64,000 nucleotides of DNA from an uncultured virus (IMG/VR IMGVR_UViG_3300043434_000216) (taxonomy: Duplodnaviria; Heunggongvirae; Uroviricota; Caudoviricetes), in the IMG/VR virus record IMGVR_UViG_3300043434_000216; one strand, 5' to 3'. The notes beneath the pieces were generated by a model. The model was not told the origin of the DNA. It saw only the letters and a program-made list of their open reading frames with translations, and made no database searches. Positions 36,769 to 45,900 of this stretch are shown piece after piece; within the stretch, counting starts at the first letter, position 1, and each line of letters begins with the position of its first letter. A program made the translations under genes and the position numbers.

Positions 36769-38544
36769 TTAAAAGTTATTTATTCCCGTTAATTTTATAA
36801 CCTCTAGGTTTAAATTAATCCCTAGCTGGTATCCTGTCTTAGATGCCGCATCCATATTAGGAGACACGCGAATCACTGAGTTAATGTCAGCACCATTATT
36901 TATTGTCTCAAACTTTAACTTAAACGGAGTCAACTCTCCCGTCACAGGATTCTTTAACTCTTTGTCTAAGGCTCCAAATACGACCTTACCATCCTTGTTT
37001 TGGATGAAGGTGTACCAAGTATTAGGCAGCTCGTTTAACAGCGCTACAAATTTAACTTTTGTTGGGTCATAAACGAACTCAAATTGGAGAGCTGCAACAC
37101 TGCTTGACTTAGTATCTACTTTAACAGGTATTTCAAAGCTATTAGTTGTCACAGTTTTTCCAAGAATTGTGACATCAATAGATGGGATATACTGCGGTGT
37201 ATTGATTAATAAGTTGGCTGTCTGCGTCATAGCTAGATTCTTTTTAAGACTAGGTACTGCGTTAGTAGCAATCGTGTTATTAATGACAACCTGAGAGCTG
37301 TGACTTCTGTTGATATCTCCTGGGATAACGAACTTAAGCTTAAGCGGTAAATTAGCCCCAATACTCGTCGTCTTGAAGCGAACGTAGTTGTTTGATACAT
37401 TCTTCCAGTTGGCAGCAGAAAGCCCGTTAAAATCAGCTTCTGTGAACGTAGGCACACTAGCATACATATCTGTTCCTGCAGCATAATTGCTAGGCATTAC
37501 AAACAGATTATCTACCCCCGTTACCTGCGCGTACAACTTAACTAAATCACCTCCGTCGAATACGTGGTTATTGTTTACGTCTGCTGCATAGTATCCAGCT
37601 CCTGTGATAATGTTTTGATTCTTAAACGTACCATCTAGGTTCTGTGTAACGAATTCTGCCTGAGCAGTTGTGTAGTCTGATACAGATACTGCTGCAGATT
37701 GCAAGTCCTTTATCGAATCCATATTAAATAAGGTTCGAACGTGGTAAACTGTGTTGGGCTTGAATCGATTCTGGTCAACAGGAATCGTTCCATCAGATAA
37801 AGCGTCTACTAGGTAGGTTGTGTTAGCAGCACTATCTGTAAAAGCAATACGATGAAGCGATAGGGCGTCCACATTTGCGTTGTAATCGATTGTTGGACTC
37901 ACATACTTAGTAGCGGTAGGGTCTAGCATAATAACGCTTGTAAGAGGTGTTGTCATTAGCGTAGAGCCTGCAGTTCCGTTTTGATTAAATGCTGCCGCAA
38001 AGTTCATTGCAATAGGATTCCAAGCGTAGCCAGGAGCGTCAGTCTTTAGCTTAAACTTCAATACCAATAACCTGTCGGTTCCTAATCCACCTTGAGCGAT
38101 TGACCAGTTAAGGTACACGCGAAGGATTGATTTAGGTCCTCCTTGTGTGTAGTTGTATTGGCAGTAATTGTAGTTGGTATTACCGTTGTCAGTTGTATTC
38201 TGCGTTGTCTTGTAGTAGCTGTAACCTGGATAGTCTTGGTAGCTCATTGTGATTTGTGAGCCGTAAGGGATAATGCCTCCGTTGCCGCCTGTGCCTGTGT
38301 GATTAACAGACATTAATTGGAAGGCTGTGTTCTGATATTCGAAGTCAAAGTATAGCGCGCGAGTGGATGTATTCCCATTGCCATCCGCCATCACCGTTAC
38401 AATGAACTCATCGCCCTTGTTGATTACGGTGCCGTTAACGTTGGTGTTTGTGTTTGCATTTTGCAAACTTAACTTAACTGTCTGAGCGTAAGAATGTCCA
38501 GTTAATGCACAAATAAACTGGACAATTAGAAGCAATTTTTTCAT
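36769..38544 (-). CDS. Secreted cohesin-like / dockerin-like / cohesin-like protein
   Basis: Signal peptide; N-terminal KGDEF.V..FDFEY..LVLKFK; ADVNNNHVFDGGDL dockerin/EF-like loop; C-terminal IPVKV..AALQFEFVYDPTKVKF. Confidence 0.7.
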   Translation of the reverse strand: MKKLLLIVQFICALTGHSYAQTVKLSLQNANTNTNVNGTVINKGDEFIVTVMADGNGNTSTRALYFDFEYQNTAFQLMSVNHTGTGGNGGIIPYGSQITMSYQDYPGYSYYKTTQNTTDNGNTNYNYCQYNYTQGGPKSILRVYLNWSIAQGGLGTDRLLVLKFKLKTDAPGYAWNPIAMNFAAAFNQNGTAGSTLMTTPLTSVIMLDPTATKYVSPTIDYNANVDALSLHRIAFTDSAANTTYLVDALSDGTIPVDQNRFKPNTVYHVRTLFNMDSIKDLQSAAVSVSDYTTAQAEFVTQNLDGTFKNQNIITGAGYYAADVNNNHVFDGGDLVKLYAQVTGVDNLFVMPSNYAAGTDMYASVPTFTEADFNGLSAANWKNVSNNYVRFKTTSIGANLPLKLKFVIPGDINRSHSSQVVINNTIATNAVPSLKKNLAMTQTANLLINTPQYIPSIDVTILGKTVTTNSFEIPVKVDTKSSSVAALQFEFVYDPTKVKFVALLNELPNTWYTFIQNKDGKVVFGALDKELKNPVTGELTPFKLKFETINNGADINSVIRVSPNMDAASKTGYQLGINLNLEVIKLTGINNF

Positions 38545-39050
38545 TACAAGAGCTTAGTGATTAAGGTGTTACAAGACTTTTTTAGAGCACTACTTAGGTT
38601 GGTTTGATTAAACTTTCCGCCCTCGTCAATTAGTAGCATAGCCATTGAAACTTCTTCAGCTTGCTCTTCAACGATAACGGTCTTTTTAACCTTGCCATCC
38701 TGTATCAATTTACCTCTCATTCTAATGACTACAGCTTCCTTATTGTTATGGAATACTGATAGGTTAGACTGAGTCTTAAGTACGTCTAAATAAAGAATCT
38801 CTACCTTAATCTGAGTTGGTGCGTCATCGGAGACATCGTGTCCTGCTTCTTGTAAGAACTCCTCTAACATATTCTTCACACCAAACTCTAAGTTTCTATT
38901 GCCAGCAAGAGCGCCAATCTGTACATTATTCTGTACAGATGCTACAGTTATTTCCTGTGTAGGCATTGTTCGCTTATGTACAATGTTCACGTTTGCGTGA
39001 ACTTGATATATTTGTGAACAAAACAACAATATGCTTAGCAATAGTCTCAT
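38544..39050 (-). CDS. Exported protein, possibly a reduced CsgG/LptE-like alpha-beta fold
   Basis: Signal peptide; FGVKNMLEEFLQ and FNQTNLSSALKK resemble the LGVTNIVIEFLE and FNQSTIGTTTKK segments of 34857-35567. Confidence 0.55.
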   Translation of the reverse strand: MRLLLSILLFCSQIYQVHANVNIVHKRTMPTQEITVASVQNNVQIGALAGNRNLEFGVKNMLEEFLQEAGHDVSDDAPTQIKVEILYLDVLKTQSNLSVFHNNKEAVVIRMRGKLIQDGKVKKTVIVEEQAEEVSMAMLLIDEGGKFNQTNLSSALKKSCNTLITKLL

Positions 39051-39052
39051 AA

Positions 39053-39178
39053 TTACCCCTGTCCCCGCGACTTCTTAGAAGGGCTTTCTTTAGGACCATT
39101 TGTCTTCTTGTGCTTGCCGTTACGACGTACACCAAATACAATCTTTTTGTTCTCTGATGATGGTTTCTGCTTTGCCAT
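39053..39178 (-). CDS. Small basic protein (41 aa)
   Basis: MAKQKPSS..GKHKK..KKSRGQG*; coupled to the endolysin stop. Confidence 0.6.
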   Translation of the reverse strand: MAKQKPSSENKKIVFGVRRNGKHKKTNGPKESPSKKSRGQG

Positions 39179-40041
39179 TATGCTAGTAAGTGATAGAACT
39201 CGTTAAAATGTTTTTGACGGTCAATTAAGCCTATAGTACCGCCGTTTACCCTCTTAGTTACAGCTGTAACATTGTCCATTCCAGCTCCCCTGTCGCAAAT
39301 AGCCCATAAGCCATTCTTCTTGAAAAAGAACGCTGCGGAGGCTAGTGCATACTTTGTGGCTACCAAATCAGGATTAGCTAAGATATCTTCAGGTACTGTA
39401 GCGTCGAATGCTTTGTAGTTCTCCTTGCCAGTCAATTGGATGTAACCGCGACCGCGATACTTCCAGCCTTCTCCTGACGCTTCGTTGCCATTGCCCATAC
39501 GAGATGCGTAAACACGGTTAGCAATCTTCTCTGGCTTACGTTCGTATTGCATTGCAACCGTTACGCTAGGGAAGTACTTACGGAAGATTCCGCACAATCC
39601 TTTAGCAGAGTAGTTAAGGTTTTCCTGAGTAGCTTTAAAGCCACCAGACTCGTGCCCACACTGAGCCAAGAAATGGGCTAAACGTAATGGGGTTGTAATG
39701 CCAAAGCGAGCTGCCGTATCTGGGATAGCATCAATAACAGCTTGAGGAACGTGTCCTTTAAGTGCGTCTAGTTTAAATCCTTGCCCTACAGGTTGTCTGC
39801 TAAAATCCTGCAAAGGAGGTATAGATGTAACAGTGTGCGCACTAGGAGGTACTACTACTGGAGCAAACATCTTCGCCCACGTCGCATCTCCTACAATACC
39901 ATCAGGTGTTAAACCGTGTGCTGACTGCCAACCTTTTACAGCTGCCTCTGTCTTAGGACCAAACTTGCCAATAACGTCTACGCCAAGCTTTTCTTGTAGC
40001 TTTTTAACTTCTTCGCCTGACGAACCTAGTCTTAATAGCAT
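39178..40041 (-). CDS. Endolysin: peptidoglycan-binding domain plus glycoside hydrolase family 19
   Basis: LRLGSSGEEVKKLQ..DGIVG..TW; HFLAQCGHESGG..ENLNYS..YRGRGYIQLTG..VNGG. Confidence 0.92.
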   Translation of the reverse strand: MLLRLGSSGEEVKKLQEKLGVDVIGKFGPKTEAAVKGWQSAHGLTPDGIVGDATWAKMFAPVVVPPSAHTVTSIPPLQDFSRQPVGQGFKLDALKGHVPQAVIDAIPDTAARFGITTPLRLAHFLAQCGHESGGFKATQENLNYSAKGLCGIFRKYFPSVTVAMQYERKPEKIANRVYASRMGNGNEASGEGWKYRGRGYIQLTGKENYKAFDATVPEDILANPDLVATKYALASAAFFFKKNGLWAICDRGAGMDNVTAVTKRVNGGTIGLIDRQKHFNEFYHLLA

Positions 40042-40042
40042 A

Positions 40043-40231
40043 TTACTTCTTTTTCTTTGTGTAGTACTTCTTCTTTGGCTTAGTGCCTACAATCTTTTCT
40101 GCAATCTCGATAGCCGCCTTCTCGAACTCTTCGTTATCGACTGCCGCTTCCTTAATTTCTTCTACAATCTTTTGGATTGCTTTCTTCTTCGCAGGGAAAA
40201 AGAACAATTTAATCTTTTGTAATAAGTTCAT
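40043..40231 (-). CDS. Hypothetical protein in the lysis cluster
   Basis: 62-aa ORF. Confidence 0.55.
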   Translation of the reverse strand: MNLLQKIKLFFFPAKKKAIQKIVEEIKEAAVDNEEFEKAAIEIAEKIVGTKPKKKYYTKKKK

Positions 40232-40232
40232 C

Positions 40233-40838
40233 TTATTTCAGTTTATAGTAGTAACCAACGCCGTACATAACTTTACCGTCTAAATCAACGGACGCTTTAA
40301 CGTTATACAACTGGTCCTTCTTAGTTTTTAGTATAATGCCCGCTTCAGCACCTCTTATTCCAAGAGCATTGTTAACGTTGACGCCACCTCCAACAAATAA
40401 GTTACGCGTAGGTGGTGCGTAGTTAGTGATAGTTTTAGTCTCTTTAACAACTGGAATGTCGAAATTATCACGCGTTCTTCTGTATGCTATTTTGTTTTCT
40501 TTTACTGAGTCTAGTAATGCAATGTATCCGAATGTTCCCACACGAATAGTATCGTGGTAGACCATCTTGTTTAGATAGAGTTGCAATAACGCCATATACT
40601 GACGCTTCAGGTTCTCGTAGTTTGTGTCAGGCAACATCTCTGGTTTAGATGCAATAGGAACCTCAACCTCGTAAGGAACAGGAACCTTCTTAACTCTAAT
40701 AGAGTCGTGGATTTGCCAAGCTGTATCGTGTACAACTAGTGTGTCGTTAGGACGAGCCTCTCCTGCTTCCATATGCTTTGTGTAAGCATAGAAGATAGCA
40801 ATCATACAACACACGAAAAGGGCTACATTAACCTTCAT
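40233..40838 (-). CDS. Membrane-anchored lysis-cluster protein (spanin-like candidate)
   Basis: N-terminal TM segment, DT repeats, C-terminal beta strands ending YGVGYYYKLK. Confidence 0.55.
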   Translation of the reverse strand: MKVNVALFVCCMIAIFYAYTKHMEAGEARPNDTLVVHDTAWQIHDSIRVKKVPVPYEVEVPIASKPEMLPDTNYENLKRQYMALLQLYLNKMVYHDTIRVGTFGYIALLDSVKENKIAYRRTRDNFDIPVVKETKTITNYAPPTRNLFVGGGVNVNNALGIRGAEAGIILKTKKDQLYNVKASVDLDGKVMYGVGYYYKLK

Positions 40839-41118
40839 CTTCTGGTAGAGGGTCTAAGCCCCCAGGTAAGTTCTTTTCGCGCTCAGCATCAGTCTTGCGG
40901 TTTTGTACCTTCTCGTAAGAAGAGATACCAAAACAACCTGCTGTTAATGCAGCGAATACTTCTAAGATGATTGGTTCGATAACGAACTGCTGTCCAACGT
41001 AACCAGTTACGATGTCTACGATACCGTAGATAAAAAGGACTGCAAAAGATAAGAATCCTAGAACGGATTTTTCGTTGATGTCGTTGTCGTCAGAGAACAA
41101 CTGCTTGATGAATGACAT
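40828..41118 (-). CDS. Putative holin
   Basis: Two TM helices and a charged C-terminus, upstream of the endolysin. Confidence 0.65.
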   Translation of the reverse strand: MSFIKQLFSDDNDINEKSVLGFLSFAVLFIYGIVDIVTGYVGQQFVIEPIILEVFAALTAGCFGISSYEKVQNRKTDAEREKNLPGGLDPLPEDEG

Positions 41119-41153
41119 AATTTTTAGTGGTTAGTATATAAATGCTTGCTGTG

Positions 41154-41432
41154 TTACAAGTAGTACTTGTCGTCTTCGTCTGGTCTTACTGCCACTACTT
41201 GACGCATATCTACCTGAAGTGGTAGTTTAGAAGGAGGGTTGGGTACTTTGTATCCTGTTTTGTAGACTTGGCGCTCTAGGTTATCTATCCTTGTCTTGTC
41301 TACGTTTGATTGCACAATTAACTGCTTAATGTCCGCTTTCATCTCATTGACGTCGTGCCAAATCATTAGTGACATAATACTTATCGCCGTCGGGAACAAG
41401 TAAGCCTTTATCTGCTCAATAGGATTATCCAT
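41154..41432 (-). CDS. Membrane protein with coiled coil (holin/antiholin-like)
   Basis: One TM segment followed by a coiled coil; first gene after the -7 box TATCTTTG at 41454-41461. Confidence 0.55.
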   Translation of the reverse strand: MDNPIEQIKAYLFPTAISIMSLMIWHDVNEMKADIKQLIVQSNVDKTRIDNLERQVYKTGYKVPNPPSKLPLQVDMRQVVAVRPDEDDKYYL

Positions 41433-41538
41433 TTCTTTCTAAAATATCTATAACAAAGATAGTAGTCTTTTACACTACCTCAAAACCTTTTTATAGGTAA
41501 AGCGCTCTCCATCAGGATTCTTGATAATCCGATAAGAT

Positions 41539-41570
41539 AAAAGGGCGACTGCTACTATGCAAATCGCCCC
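41539..41570 (-). terminator. Intrinsic terminator
   Basis: GGGCGA..TCGCCC stem preceded on + by AAAA (U-tract on the minus strand). Confidence 0.6.
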
Positions 41571-41599
41571 ATATATAATTCCTAGTGTAACTAAGTTCA

Positions 41600-42004
41600 T
41601 TACTCTTTAATCAACTTAAACAGAATACGATAGCACTCTGTAGTCTTAATTTTGTCTAAATCATCGAATGAGATAACAGGATTGTATTCGAATTCTTTTT
41701 CTTCTTCGTACAATGCGTTCATCTCTTTGAAGAAATCTTCTCCCTTGTCACCTAGCATAATCTGACCTTTCTCGTCAGGCTCAATGCCCAAGTCTTTTAC
41801 AAGCTTATCGCGCAAGTCTTCTACTGTTTTCTTTTCAGCTGCTAACTTGTCAGCAAGCTTCGTTAACCAGTACTTCTTTTTTAAATCTAAGTTCTCGCTT
41901 AAGAAGCCTTTGAATAAGACCTTGCCAGACTCTTGGTCAAGACGACCGTTTAATTCAACCTCTAAGGTTAACGCGTCGTTAATAGATAATTTGATGTTCT
42001 CCAT
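41600..42004 (-). CDS. Hypothetical protein (tail-fibre associated)
   Basis: 134 aa; -7 box TATATTTG at 42033-42040. Confidence 0.65.
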   Translation of the reverse strand: MENIKLSINDALTLEVELNGRLDQESGKVLFKGFLSENLDLKKKYWLTKLADKLAAEKKTVEDLRDKLVKDLGIEPDEKGQIMLGDKGEDFFKEMNALYEEEKEFEYNPVISFDDLDKIKTTECYRILFKLIKE

Positions 42005-42048
42005 TTTTAATTCTATGTTTGGTTATTTTTGACAAATATAAGAAATAA

Positions 42049-42480
42049 TTAGCAGTCTACGATATTGTCCTCTCCGAACAAGTCTACTAGCTTAGCCTTC
42101 AGATGTGAGTATCCAAATGCAAAGATATCTACACCTTCTGCTGAAGATAAATCAGGTACAGACTTAGTGATAGTCTCTACGCGGTCAGGTAATGGATTAC
42201 CTTCAGCGTCTACGCCAGGAGTTGGGTAGCTAACGGTTTCAGATACCTGCTTCTGTAATTGAACGTAGATGTTGTCGCCAATCTGCTGATTACGCGCTTG
42301 TCCTACCATCATACCTGGCATAGCGTTAGAAGCTGGTGTTGCGTCTTCTTCTGATTGGTAGATTTCTACTTGAAATGATGCTGAGCCAAACTTGCTCAAC
42401 TGATAGTTTGCAATGCGTACGTAAGCTTCAGATGTGATGCCTTTGTCTGTCCCGATTTGGGTTGTGATTTTTAATGCCAT
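42049..42480 (-). CDS. Putative tail-fibre assembly protein, paralog A
   Basis: MALKITTQIGTDKGIT..AYVRI..GY..LK.KL..L.G.DNI; paralog of 42493-42912. Confidence 0.6.
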   Translation of the reverse strand: MALKITTQIGTDKGITSEAYVRIANYQLSKFGSASFQVEIYQSEEDATPASNAMPGMMVGQARNQQIGDNIYVQLQKQVSETVSYPTPGVDAEGNPLPDRVETITKSVPDLSSAEGVDIFAFGYSHLKAKLVDLFGEDNIVDC

Positions 42481-42492
42481 TATTATTTTTGT

Positions 42493-42912
42493 TTAAACTG
42501 TTTCTATGTTTTCTGCGCCGTATAACGACACTAACTTTTCTTTTAGCTTCTCGTATCCTACTTCAAAGATAGTCTTGTTTTCGAATACAGACAAATCAGA
42601 TACTTTTTTGTAAAATATCTCCTCCATCTCAGTGTCTACTCCATCCACTTGTTTAGTAATAGTTTTAGTGTACTGGATGCGATTAGTCATCTTGACATCA
42701 AGCGATATGCCGATTTCTTTTGACTGCAATTTATTAGGATGAATAACAGGGATGTACGCTGTATCGTATTCTGTCGATGCCTTATCTTTAAATACATCAA
42801 TAATGAATACGATATTCCCATTCTTGTTTACATCATACCCGCCTATACGAACATAGGCGCCTGTAATAATGCCGTCATTTGTGCCAATAGGCGTATTAAT
42901 TTGAAATGCCAT
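42493..42912 (-). CDS. Putative tail-fibre assembly protein, paralog B
   Basis: MAFQINTPIGTNDGII..AYVRI..GYEKLKEKLVSLYGAENI. Confidence 0.6.
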   Translation of the reverse strand: MAFQINTPIGTNDGIITGAYVRIGGYDVNKNGNIVFIIDVFKDKASTEYDTAYIPVIHPNKLQSKEIGISLDVKMTNRIQYTKTITKQVDGVDTEMEEIFYKKVSDLSVFENKTIFEVGYEKLKEKLVSLYGAENIETV

Positions 42913-45900
42913 TATTGCTATTTATTAATTGTTGTACTAATAATTCTAATTGCTCAATTCTTGTAGCTTGACTTATAATCATATCGTTTTGCTCTTTTGT
43001 TGCCTCTGTTAATACGGAAACTATCTGACCATAATTAACATTATACTCGTCTATTTCCTCCGCATAATTAACTACTTCTGGTAATACTGCCTGAAGTTCT
43101 TGTGCTATAAATCCTACTCGTTTTACCTTTGCATTATCTTTAATATAATTAAAATATACGCCTCGCATTTGCAACACCTTATCTAATGCGCTGGTAATGT
43201 TACTAATATTTTCTTTTGCTCTTCTATCAGACCAAGTTGTAAATCCATACTCTGCTGATATCTGCTTTACTACCCTTAATCCATCGCCAGACCAGGTATT
43301 ATCTGTCCCAATACCCGCGCAATGATTACCCCTGTTAAAGAAAAATGTCCACCCAGAGCCATTTTCCATATAAAAACCGTGGTCTCCAGATGAGTTCATC
43401 ATTAAATTCAAATTGTAGTTATTCAAATTTAAAAATCCAGACCATCCGTTTCTGTTGTAGCCAAATGTTTCCCAGTTGCCATATGAGCCAGTCAAAGCTC
43501 TTCTTATATGTCCACCGTAATCTTGGCTATACAATCCGCAATCTCCTTGTGCTCTAAACCAGTTAGAAGCATAAACTGCTCCAAAAGATGGGTTAGTTTT
43601 ATCGAACCCTGAAAGAGAACCAGCCGAATTTGCGTACCTAACACCTAAATCAGATGGCTCAATCCAACCTGAACCTGAGTATGCTCCGTTATTATAAACG
43701 TAACGTGAGTAATCAACATAATTACGACCTTCACCACGAGAGATTGCAACACGTGAACCTGCATCGTATAATGCACCTGCATATAATCCTTTATTTCCAT
43801 TTACCCCTTGACCAATCCGTACATCGCCTCCATCATAATAGTTTATTTCTAATGGGTCTGAACCTCTACCATTAATAGTATCTGCATAAACGTTTCTACC
43901 TAAAAACCCATATGATTGGTCTCCAGCCCATTTTAAATCATTATAGACTATCGCATTCATCCTAGAGGTACTTGCAAAATCTGCATAGTATCCTGTATCA
44001 TTAGAATCATAAAATATTGGAGCTCTAACACTGCCTTCAAACTGTGAATATGAACGTGTTATTCTTGCTACAATATCATAGTTTCCAGTTGCAGCAGTTT
44101 GAAAGAACCAGCCAGTATCATCATTTGCTTCAGCATATTCAACTAATGAAGTTCTATGATAACCAGTGTAAGTAGGGGATGATGTATTTCCAGTTACCCG
44201 ACCCCTAACCATTATAAAGTGGTTATTATTATCGTATCCTTTATACTGAGTATATCCAGTAGATGAATAGTTGCTAGCTATAAAATAGCTTCCTCTTACA
44301 GTCCCCGCTACATTCAGGGATGTTCCAGTACTATTGGGGTCTAGGTAATACGATGTATCATTGCTATCGTAGAATATTGGTGCTCTTAACGAACTATCAC
44401 TAATCCAGTTTCCGCTATTATCGCAATAAGCACCCCAAGAAGCCGATGTATTTAAAAATCCAATACGCCCACTATTGCAGTGAATTCTTCTTGTAGATTC
44501 GTCTGAATCTGTCATATAGATATTACTTGATGTAGATGTACCTACATAAAGACTATCTCCTAAAACAGTTGTATTATTTGCAAGGGTGCTGTCAACCTCT
44601 TCCATTTTGAATCCTGTAATCTCAGCATTACCAGAATTATTATAATTCATTAATACCCCAAGCTGAGCATATCTTGCATATGAGTACCAAGTATACCCAG
44701 CACCCGAACCACTAGGACCTATTGTCATAGTAAACTCCTGCCAAGCAGTTGAAGATGTATTAACAATCGCAAAATAAGGCTGACCCCATCCTCCATTGTC
44801 TGGCTGAGACAGGTCCCATCCAGCCTGCGTAAATGACAAATACACTAATGGGCTGCCAGAAATAGTTCTGTACCATACAGATACCTTGTAAGTCTTAGTC
44901 CTATCAATAGCTACCCACCCTGATTGCCTTTGATTGGTAGAACTATTATTATTACCACGCATTGTATAGCTACCAATAGGGGAGTCTGATACTTGAGTGT
45001 AATTTAAGTTTGACCAAGTATATCCTCCATCATTTAGCTGCCAGTTTCTTGTAAGATATTTGCCATCAGGAGTAAATCTTCCAAAAAAATTGGCTTCATA
45101 TGTTGAATTAGTAGATAATCCACTACCAACTTGTAGGTTATTCCCCAATACAACATTTCCTCCGCCGCTGTATATTAATGGCGTTACTATATATGAAGAT
45201 GCCCTAAGTATAGCGTGAGTAACATCATTACCTGTACCTAAATTTTGATTAATAGTGTATGCAGAGATATTTGATGCAGTACCAGCTGTACTTGCATAAC
45301 TCACCGACTGCGAACTAATATTTCCAGCGTGAATAACTACATTTCCTTTATAAGAAAAATCATTCATTCCAACTTTAAGGGTAACAGTTGTCCATCCGTA
45401 ATCAACCACTTCAAAAAATGAGGCATTTGAACTGCCGCCAAGTTGCACAGTCATTGTTCCTGCATTTCTATCTGAAGCCCTTCCTATCCAAGCTTCTCCG
45501 CTGTTGGAAACTGAGTTGGGAAATCTACCCATTCTAATATAGCTAGTTCCAGAAGTACCCATAAATAAAGAGCCAACAGCTTGAATATCGCCATCATTTC
45601 TAATTCTTAAATACTCAGTAAATGTAGTAGACGTACTCTTACCAAAAGTAATTCCTCCTGAAGCGGCTCCTTGCGCACCTGAATGAATTCTTAATTCACT
45701 GCTTTGTACTTGTATTCCATATCTGTCTTCTCCGCTAAAGTAAAAATCTATTTTATTGCCAACCGTATTTGTAAATCCTATTATTCCCGTCATCGTACCT
45801 CCCGCCAACGGCAACTTAGTATTATCTGTTGCCGCAACCCCCGCTACCGTAATAACATTCCCAGAAGAATCAAACGCAAGGTATCCTGCGGCGGTGCCAG

